Positions 54,416 to 64,000 of a stretch of DNA of 64,000 nt are shown one piece after another (the first letter of the stretch is position 1; each line of letters starts with the position of its first letter). Origin of the DNA: Octopus sinensis (taxonomy: Eukaryota); NCBI RefSeq assembly GCF_006345805.1, contig NC_043003.1, positions 27,528,001 to 27,592,000 on the forward strand, read 5' to 3'. The position numbers were made by a program, and so were the translations under genes. The notes beneath the pieces were generated by a model that did not search any database, was not told the DNA's origin, and saw only the letters and a program-made list of their open reading frames with translations.

Positions 54416-54575
54416 CAAAGACTCTGGAGACAAAACCCAAAGGAAATTGGGAAGCAAATATGGTAAGGAACCATGGCGCAGCATAAAGGGTCGGCACAAT
54501 CTCGTGTTCTTCAAAATGTTCATAAAGGTCTCTGTGGTTGTCATGGATGAGACGTGTCAGTTGGTACAACTTGAT
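54416..54575 (-). CDS. TBC1D1: TBC1D1/4-like exon
   Basis: aaacag|ATC...TTT G|gtgagt, 160 nt. [53 protein letters not shown]. Confidence 0.96.
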
Positions 54576-55827
54576 CTGTTTGGTGCAAAAACAACAACAG
54601 CAAAATTAACATCCATTTAACAAAGTATTTTCATTAATTTGTCCACCCCTGTACATACAAATGGACATGCATAATGGAACATACGTACATAGTGACGGGA
54701 AGACAGACTGAGAGAAACAGAATGATCATTGCATAAAAAAAAAAAATCACTGCATGTTGTAATGAGCAGTATGACTATCAGGTCCCTGGAGGTGGGATGG
54801 CATATACAAAGATATGAAGACAGCATGATAGTTGCCTGTCTGACAATACGTGTGCCATGGGTATTCTGGATCAACACCTGACCCAAGACAACACCATGCT
54901 TTACAATCGCAAGGTTGCAGTTTTGGCAGATGGTCACTGTTATGGAATGGGGTGGTTGTGGTGCAGTACCACTACATGGTACTATTTGATGATTATGCAG
55001 AGATGGCTGTGATGATGATGAAGTAAGGGAAGAAGAAGAAGAAAAAGACAAAAAAGTAAAGTTAGATGATAATGACAATGATGATGGAAACTAGGTAATG
55101 GGAATGGTGGACTCTTCTGTTATAGATGACAAATGAAGGCTCTGCAATTTCTTGCTCAACAACCTGTAACTCTCTTTTACTCCTTTACTTGTTTCAGTCA
55201 TTTAACCGTGGCCATGCTGGAGCACACCCTTTAGTCGAGCAAATCGACCCCAGGACTTATTCTTTGTAAGCCTAGTACTTATTCTATCGGTCTCTTTTGC
55301 TGAACTGCTAAGTAACGGGGATGTAAACACACCAGCATCGGTTGTCAAGTGATGTTGGGGGGACAAACACAGACACATATATATACATATATATGACAGG
55401 CTCTTTCAGTTTCCGTCTACCAAATCCACTCACAAGGCTTTGGTCGGCCCGAGGCTATAGTAGACAACACTTGCTCAAGGTGCCACGCAGTGGGACTGAA
55501 CCCAGAACCATGTGGTTCATAAGCAAGCTACTTACCACACAGCCACTCCTACGCCTAAGGTGATTTGTTTATGGTGATCAAGTGTTTGTACTGTACAACA
55601 GCCCACTCTTTCCATCAAATCAACATTGTACAGATGCATGATATGCCACATGATGGGAGCTGAAGTAATTGCAGAACAAAGTGATTTGTTCAAGAACACA
55701 ATGCACCACCTGGTCTAGGAATCGAACTCACAACCTCACAATGGTGAGTGCAATACTCTAATCACTCTGCTTACATACCCTCTGGTGACTAGAATACACC
55801 TGAACAAAGGACTAAGTATATAATTAC

Positions 55828-55920
55828 CTGCAGAGCTGTCATGCTCGGTCGGAACTGGTTTCGTAGTCCCATATTAAACATGAGGTATTTCAATATGTGA
55901 AAAGCAGATTCTTCATCCAT
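55828..55920 (-). CDS. TBC1D1: TBC1D1/4-like exon
   Basis: tatcag|ATG...CAG|gtaatt, 93 nt. MDEESAFHILKYLMFNMGLRNQFRPSMTALQ. Confidence 0.94.
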
Positions 55921-56582
55921 CTGATAATAGAAACAGTAAATATTATAAAATGTTAAAATATCTCCATCTATGTATCATGCTAAATGCATACACACCAGTT
56001 GAAGGCAAGATACTACTGAATTATCTGAGATGAAATCTCTTCATAGACTTGTAGTATTAAAAACATAATATATATCAAAGCAAAATGAACATTGTCACTG
56101 CAGTGATTCTCAATTACTACATGTGTGTTTAGCTTTTCCTAAGGCTTGTCAGTTGTCACCTGCATCAATGAAACTCATACTTTAATTTATATAGGAAATG
56201 GTGAATAAAACACTAAATGGTATTGCGGAAGCTTGGTGGGCACAATTGAAACAGCATCAAATTAAAATCACATGTGTGTATCATACTAAATATATACACA
56301 TCATTAGAAGACATGAAACTGAAGAATTGTCTAAAAATTTCTTTAAAGATTTTATATATATATATCTTTATGTATATATTTCGTTTTTGGATTTGGTTTG
56401 CAATATTCTGACTTCACAATTACAACCCATTAAGATTTTAGTCGTAAAAAATAAAATCATTAACACCCACAGGTTTGTACTTTAAACTCATCCCCACCTA
56501 AAAAACCCGTAACTTCCATTAATGTAGGAAGCAGCATTAGGAAATGAGAAGAAGAGAAATCACAAGGAATATAAGAACTTAC

Positions 56583-56734
56583 ATGTATTAAGAGCATTCC
56601 TGCAATGAAACTGAGACCTTGACAGTAACCAACTTCCTGGTCGATTAAACTGTAGGCTTTTAACAAATTAAACAGCGCCAGTTGGCCTGGACCCAGCTGC
56701 GTTCGGAAATAAGGGTGCTTTGGAAAGGTCCTTC
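56583..56734 (-). CDS. TBC1D1: TBC1D1/4-like exon with catalytic Arg and Gln fingers
   Basis: ttttag|GA AGG...CAT|gtaagt, 152 nt. RTFPKHPYF...[31 protein letters not shown]; IxxDxxR and YxQ intact. Confidence 0.96.
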
Positions 56735-57209
56735 CTAAAAATAGTAAGAGAAGAAGAAAAAAAAAGAATAGTGAGAAGAGACAATAAATAACACATATAT
56801 ATATCATCATTTAACAGCCACTTTCCATGTTGGCATGGGTTGGATGGTTTAACACGGAGCTGTTCAGACACCAACTGTCTGCTGTGGAATGGCTTCTACA
56901 GCTGGATGCCTTTCCTAACACTAACCACTCGACAGTGTTGGGTGTTTTTTAAGTGTTACTAGCATGGGTGCTTTTTATGAAAGGATAAGCCATTATTTGT
57001 GGAAGACAGCAATTTTACTTGGCTTGACGCATTTTATCAAGTACAGCAAAGATTTTAATTGAAAACTTATGAAAACAAGACATTTGTATTCAGAACCAGA
57101 GCCAGTTTCAGCCGGGTTGGTAACGAAAGGGTTAAATGACATTTAATTGAAAAAAAAGTTACCCAATGTTTTTTTTTAATGGCCCTGAATTTTGACAAAA
57201 CTAACTTAC

Positions 57210-57371
57210 CTAAATCAATGAGTATTGCATGTTGGTGTGTAGTAAGTCGGCGCATTAAATCATCATAACTAGCATCATCAAGGCCACTGCCTGTGCTGAC
57301 CATAGGAGACTGAAGCTGGGCCTGCTCCACGAGGAGCTGCCAGATTGCTCCTCGACGACTCTTTGGTACTC
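57210..57371 (-). CDS. TBC1D1: TBC1D1/4-like exon, start of TBC domain
   Basis: tttcag|GA GTA...TTA G|gtaagt, 162 nt. GVPKSRRGAIWQLL...LTTHQHAILIDLG (IxxD motif). Confidence 0.95.
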
Positions 57372-58149
57372 CTGAAAGACAATAACAATTCTTAAGGATT
57401 ATAGTTTTTTTTTTTAAAGAAGCCAATATTATTCAGAATTATAAATAGCTGGCCTTTAGATTGTTAACTTCTTTTCTGACCTTGTGAATTAAAAGTTCAA
57501 AACCTTGTATAAGCAAAGTTCAATCTCAGAATTTGGATATGTATATCCTTTTCTACTCTAGGCACAAGGCCTGAAATTTTGGGGGAGGGGGGGGGCCAGT
57601 CAATTAGATTGACCCCAGTACACAACTGGTGCTTAATTTATTGACTCCGAAAGGATGAAAGGCAAAGTCGACGTTGGTGGAATTTGAATTCGGAACGTAA
57701 AGACAGATGAAATACCACTAAACATTTCACCTGGTATACAAACGTTACTGGCAGTTCACCACCTATTCAGGTGATGAATAGGGATCAAATATAGTGCTTA
57801 TATTTACTAAACAAACAAGATGAATAGGGATGATGAGAAGATGAAGTTCTAGTGGATAGAAATCAATGACAATTTGGAGCAGCTTGACATGCTACTTGGG
57901 CTGGCTTAAAGCATTCAAATATTCAAAGTGTGCCACCAGTTTGGCACAGCATGTGCAAATTTGAATGGATCTATGAACAGGTACAAGTGTGGCTGTGTGG
58001 TTAAGGAATTTTGTTTTCCAGCCATGTGGTTTTGATTCAGCCCGACTGAATGCGGTTTGGGCAAGTGTCTTCTACTATAGCCCAAGACTGACCAAAGATT
58101 TGTTAGAAACTGAGAGAAGGATGTTGTGTGTATGTGTGTGTGCATACAT

Positions 58150-58191
<42 letters not shown>

Positions 58192-59116
58192 CTGCATATG
58201 TGTGTGTCAGTGTGTTAGTGTCTCCTTGTCTTGATATTGCATGATAGTGGTAAATGTGCATTATTGTTATACAAGTGGTATCATTATCAATCTTCTTTGG
58301 AAACATATCTGGCCATGGGGATATATTACCCTGTTTGAAAACAGGTAAATATTGGGCAAATAGAATTTACCTCAATGAATTTCATCTAAACCATGTAAAC
58401 ATGGAAAACTAGGAACTCAAATGATTTCACATATTCATACATGTGTGCATGTATCTTTTACTTGTTTCAGTCATTGGACTGTAGCCATGCTGTAGTCCTG
58501 AAGGATTTTAGTTAGACAAATCAACTCCAGTACTTATTTTTCTTAAGTCTGGTACTTGTTCTATTGGTCTCTTTTGCAGAACCACAGAATAGTGGAAATG
58601 GATTCAACACACAGCGTTATAGGTAGAAGAAACTTGCCTAAGGTGCCATATAGTGGGACTGAACCTGAAACCATGTGGTCTTATCACACAGCCACTCCTG
58701 TGCCTTTGATCTAGTTTGTTAACATTTTGTCTCAAAGAATGATGCAATAGGCTATAAATGCTCAGGTGTCCACGTATCAGAGGGAGGATTGCTGGTCCAT
58801 ACCCTGTGAAAGGCAATGTATTCAATATCTTTTACTTTCTACTTGTTTCAATCCTTGGACTGTGGCCATGCTGGGGCACTGCTTTAAAGGGTTTTGTCAA
58901 ACAAATCAACACCAGTACTTCTCAACCACACAGTTGTAATGATATACATATACAGAGATACCTCAAAAGTAAAGTGATACCCTTAATTATACTGTTTTAT
59001 CTGTGCAGACATAGGTGCCTCAAACTTGCTAATGCATTATGCACGAGGCATGTCTATTAAAGACTGGATCAACCATGTAGCATACACATTATTCTGTCCA
59101 GTGTAATGCTTATTTG

Positions 59117-59605
59117 GAGGCGCAATGGCCCAGTGGTTAGGGCAGCGGACTTGCGGTCGGAGGATCGCGGTTTCGATTCCCAGACTGGGCGTTGTGTGTG
59201 TTTATTGAGCGAAAACACCTAAAAAAGCTCTACGAGGCTCTGGCAGGAGGTGGTGGCAACCCTTGTTGTATTCTTTCACCACAACTTTCTCTCATATATA
59301 TATTTTTATTTATGTGCCCTTTTATATGCTTATGGGCCCGGTTTCCCGGTTCCTGTGCCGCATATGTTCCCGCCAGCTGGACGGGACGCCAGACCATCGC
59401 AGCATTACCCAAGAAACAGGAAGAAAGAGTGAGAGAAAGTTGGGGTGAAAGAGTACAACAGGGGTTGCCACCACCCCTTGCCGGAGCCTCGTGGAACTTT
59501 AGGTGTTTTCGCTCAATAAACACACACAACACCCAGTCAGGGAATCGAAACCACGATCCTCCGACTGCAAGTCTGCTGCCCTAAACACCGGGCCATTGTG
59601 CCTCC
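59117..59605. mobile_element. Two tRNA-derived SINEs in inverted (tail-to-tail) orientation forming a fold-back
   Basis: 59117-59295 GGAGGCGCAATGGCCCAGTGGTTAGGGCAGCGGAC...GGTTTCGATTCCC... is the reverse complement of ~59428-59605. Confidence 0.9.
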
Positions 59606-59729
59606 ACACACACACATGTATATATATACAAACAGATACTTTGACTTTGTTATCACACACACATATATGTGTATAGATAGAGAGAGAACAAAAGAAGGAG
59701 TGAAAGAAGTGTTGAGATTATTTAATAAC

Positions 59730-59891
59730 CTTGTTTGATGCAATCAATCAGGATTTTCTTATCAAACTGAGTTTCCTTTCGGTTAGAATTATTGAGCATC
59801 GAATCCCAGACTTTGGTCACTTCTTTCAGGCATGGCGTTATCTCTTCGTAGTCGAGATTCTGTCTCTTCTGTTGGATCTCATCTTGTCTGG
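59730..59891 (-). CDS. TBC1D1: TBC1D1/TBC1D4-like Rab-GAP exon just N-terminal of the TBC domain; upstream exons lie beyond the window
   Basis: ttacag|CC AGA...CAA G|gttatt, 162 nt, phase 1-1. RQDEIQQKRQNLDYEEITPCLKEVTKVWDSMLNNSNRKETQFDKKILIDCIKQG; LDYEEITPCLKEVT is a segment I recognise from TBC1D1. Confidence 0.93.
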
Positions 59892-60154
59892 CTGTAAGGT
59901 AAAAAAAGAAAAAAAAGTAGTAATCATAGAGGTAGTAGTTATTAATGAATTAATAATTGGTAGTGAAACTTCTCTTGGCAAGCTGTTGGAAGACTTCTCA
60001 CATGAAAATCTGAAAAGTTAAGAGTTACATTTTATTATATTGTTGTTAATGATGTGATGATATTGATAGTGATGGTGATGTTCTGAATTATAAAAAAAAC
60101 TTACATAAAAATATCTAAGCAAAAAAGAACCTTCTTGAAATATGGTTACAAATA

Positions 60155-60892
60155 CAGGGTGCAGCAAAAGTAACACCTTTATGTTTATCAACTTTTTCTG
60201 AATACATACATACAGACATGCACACACACACTGACCCACACACATGCGCACAAACAAACAAAAGGGAACGCAGTGTAAATAACGGACAGAGTCAAGACTA
60301 CTGAAAAGGTTGCAAGACGCAATGAAAATTTTATGAAAATAAAAATAAGAAATAAGTGGAAATTTTACCGGTGAGTGTGTTACATTATAAGGCACAAAAA
60401 GAAAATGACTCTCCCCAGACACAAAAGATTATAAAGTATTGTTTCATCAAAACACGATCTGTTGTGATTAACAAACCAATTAACATGTTCAAAATGCTCC
60501 CCTTTGTGTTCAATACACTGCTGAGCCACACCAGCAATACATTTTTACAAACCATTTGGCACAGTTCTACATTAATTTCAGAAAATTTACCAGAAATTGC
60601 TTGTTTTAATTCAGGAATTGTTTTCAATTTCAGCCTGTAAACAATGTAAACAATATCTTTCAGTAAACCCCACAAGAAAACATCAAGTCATGTTAGACCT
60701 GCTGATTGTGATGGTTACACAATTGCTCCACATTGCCCTATCCACCTTAGCTCAAAATTAAGATTCAACCAACCCCAAACACTGAAGTCATGAGGTGGCG
60801 TGCCATCTTGTTTAAAGTAAATATCATTCAATTTTCAACTCTCAGCCAGAATTCAGTTTGCAGCATAAAAGGCACTATTTCTGCTGCCCCTG
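60155..60892 (-). mobile_element. Internally deleted Tc1/mariner-family DNA transposon
   Basis: TA|CAGGGTGCAGCAAAAGTA ... TATTTCTGCTGCCCCTG|TA imperfect TIRs with TA duplication. LDVFLWGLLKDIVY...TIPELKQAI is a transposase C-terminus. Confidence 0.8.
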
Positions 60893-63069
60893 TATTTCAT
60901 TGAACCTTTAAACATTCTAAAATAAAGAACACCAACGCATATAATTTTTACCTTTTTCTATTACTTGTTTCAGTCATTGGACTGAGCCCAAGCTGGGACA
61001 CCATCTCGGAAGGTTTAGTCAAAGAAACTGACTGTACTTTTTTTTTTTTGAAGACTAGTATTTATTCTATCAGTGGTTTTTAGCAAACTGCTAGGTTATG
61101 GGGATGTAAACAAACCAATTCCAATTGTCAAGCGGTGGCAGGAAACAAACAGAAACAATCACACACACACATGTACAATATTGGCTTCTTTCAGTTTTTA
61201 TTTACCAAAACCACTCACAATAGATGCAGGGGTGGCTGTGTGGTAAGTAGCTTGCTTACCAGCCACATGGTTCCAGGTTCATTCACACTGCATGGCACCT
61301 TGGGCAAGTGTCTTCTACTATAGCCTCGGGCCAACCAAAGCCTTGTGAGTGGATTTGGTAGACAGAAACTGAAAGAAGCCTGTCATATATATGTGTGTGT
61401 GTATATGTTTGTGTGTCTGTGTTTGTCCCCACAACATTGCTTGACAACCGTAACTTAGCAGTTCGTCAAAAGAGACCGATAGAATAAGTACTAGGTTTCC
61501 AAAGAATAAGCCCTGGGGGCGATTTGCTCGACTAAAAGGTGGTGCTCCAGCATGGCCACAGTCAAGTGACTGAAACAAGTAAAAGAATAAAAGACAAGGC
61601 TCTCTTTGATCTGGGGCTATAGTACTAGAAATTTGCCCCATGGGCAACACAGTGGCACTGAACTCAAGATCATATGCTGAGGAAGCAAGCATCTTAACAA
61701 CACAGCCATGCCTGTGCAAAAATATAAAAAAGAGAAAAGTGCAATACCATCATGATCATCATCATTTAACAACCGCTATCTTCTATTCTCACATGGGTCA
61801 CACAGAATTTGTTGAAACAGATTTTCAACAGCTGAATACCCTTCCTGTTACCAACCCTCATCTCTTTCCAGACAAGTTAATATTTTCCCATAAGAAGGTG
61901 GCGAGCTGGCAGAATCATTAGCATGCTGGGCAAGATGCTTCATGGCATTTCATCCATCTCTAAGTTCTGAGTTCAAATTCTGCTGAGATTGACTTAAATA
62001 TCTATCCAACTAACTAATCAATCATTTGTTTAACATGTTGGTTAAACAAATAATCTATTAATGAGTTGGTTAGATACTTAACATAGTTCAGTGGTTAGAG
62101 TGTCAGGCTCACAATCATGAGGTAGTGAGTTTGATTGCTGCACTGGGTTGTGTGTTGTGTTCTTGAGATAGACTAAAAACACTTTATTTCACATTATTCC
62201 AATTCACTCAGCTGTAGAAATGAGTTGCAACGTCACTGGTGCCAAGCTGTACTGGCCTTTGCTTTTTTCTTTCCCTTAGATAACATCAGTGGCATGGAAA
62301 GGGAGGCTGGTATGCATGGGCAACTGCTGGTCTTCCATAAACAACCTTGCCTGGACTTGTGCCTCAGAGGGTATCTTTCTAGGTACAATCATGACTGAAA
62401 CGAGTCCTTCCTTCCTTCAGATACTTAACTAACTGGCTAACAATAAAGGTGTAGAATTGAACTGCTGTATGTGTGTGTGTGTGTGTGAGTGAGTTACTAT
62501 TATTATTTGCATAATGACTCACCCTAGACACTACAAAATACATTTATTAACATTCTGCTGATCTACTTCTCTATTATATATATAATATATATATATTTTA
62601 AACAATATATTCATATTGTCTTTTTATCTCTTGGTTTGTCCATGTATTCATCAATAAGTCCATCCACTGATCTGTCTCTTTACTCTTTTACTTGTTTCAG
62701 TCATTTGACTGCGGCCATGCTGGAGCACCGCCTTTAATTGAGCAAATCGACCCCGGGACTTATTCTTTTGTAAGCCCAGTACTTATTCTATCGGTCTCTT
62801 TTGCCGAACCACTAAGTAACGGGGACATAAACACACCAGCATCGGTTGTTAAGCAATGCTAGGGGGACAAACACAGACACACACATGCATATATATATAC
62901 AATATATATGACAGGCTTCTTTCAGTTTCCGTCTACCAAATCCACCCACAAGGCTTTGGTCGGCCCGAGGCTATAGTAGAAGACACTTGCCCAAGGTGCC
63001 ACGCAGTGGGACTGAACCCGGAACCATGTGGTTGGTAAACAAGCTACTTACCACACAGCCACTCCTGCA

Positions 63070-63560
63070 CATCCATTTTTCTATGTCTCTCTATGTAGCC
63101 ATCAGCTTTTAGTCTATCTGTCCAGTCATTTCTCTAAATGTCCATCTATTCATTTGTCTGTATGTCCATCCATACTGTCTGTATGCCTGCCCATCAATTT
63201 AGCCATTCATTTGTTTACATGACCATCCTCTCTATGTCTACTTGTCTGAATGTCTATTTATCCAACCATATCTATAGTCCATCCATCGCTATGTCCACAT
63301 GTCTGTGTCCATCTATTTGTCACTATGTCCATCCACTTGCCTATGTCATTCTATGTCCATTTGCCAATCTGAACGTTTAACCTTCCTACCTTTGTCCAGC
63401 TACCAGTCATTATGTCCACCCTCCTTCTTTCTATCTATATATCCATCCGTCCCTTTATCCAAATAACCCACTCATCCACTTCCTCCATTCATCAACTGAC
63501 CATCCAATCTATGAATCAATACATTAAATATATCGATCTATCCATCAATCCTATCTACCG
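63070..63560. repeat. Degenerate (CCAT/CTAT)n simple repeat; a comparable (CATG/TACA) low-complexity tract lies at 13085-13510
   Basis: Direct reading. Confidence 0.75.
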
Positions 63561-64000
63561 CTTCAATTACTGGTCCATCCGTTCATGACTCAGTAATACA
63601 GAGTTACCTATCTACCCATATATTTATTCTGTCAACGTCTACCCTGGTTAACCATAAAGACACACTAATGCAATGCAGTAGCCGTCTTTCTTTTTCTTCA
63701 CGACACAACATACTATCGCTACACCCAAAGCCATCATCATGTGTCCCCCACCCAGCTTTCCCTAAATGCGCACGGGGACGGGAAAAGAATGACGTGGGGG
63801 TGATGTAAACCCAAACATCTATCCACAACCCCACCCACTGCCCAAATCCGATTGACAGTGCGTCATGCCGCCCAACCGCGTTGTAAATGTAACATTAGAC
63901 AGACAGACAGGCTGTCTCAGTTCGCTTGTTCCTCAACACATCATCACCACCACCACCACACAGTCCGTATTCTCTTCCACTTCCTCCCACGCAGACAATC

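Noticed and set aside
59117-59190. tRNA gene-like sequence
   Set aside because: It has A/B boxes but no closed acceptor stem or T-run terminator, and it continues into a SINE body repeated at 59428-59605 and partly at ~29815-29880.

Overview
AT-rich, repeat-dense eukaryotic genomic DNA. The SINE/LINE repertoire (tRNA-derived SINEs, Dong/R4-like and CR1-like LINEs, very long (TA)n tracts) points to a coleoid cephalopod, most likely Octopus; this is an inference. Two convergent spliced genes were reconstructed by hand from GT-AG boundaries and frame continuity. (1) + strand ZFAND2B/AIRAPL-like gene: 8 coding exons at 700-19503, 5' end upstream of the window, encoding a C2HC finger, an AN1 finger, a VIM-like motif, two UIMs and a C-terminal CAAX box. 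(2) - strand TBC1D1/TBC1D4 (AS160)-like Rab-GAP: 7 distinct coding exons at 59891-48325, 5' part beyond the window. One TBC exon is present twice in a near-identical 1.1-kb tandem duplication and is bracketed by inverted SINEs. Between the genes lie SINE arrays, an LTR remnant, a CpG-retaining region with a repeated 16-bp motif, and a ~9-kb (TA)n block holding two CR1-like LINEs. Almost all entries in the ORF track are spurious (microsatellite or repeat translations). I found no clearly new biological system. The best leads are the duplicated exon with its inverted-SINE bracket, a candidate alternative last exon that would remove the CAAX box, and a possible unannotated transcription unit at 28.6-34 kb.
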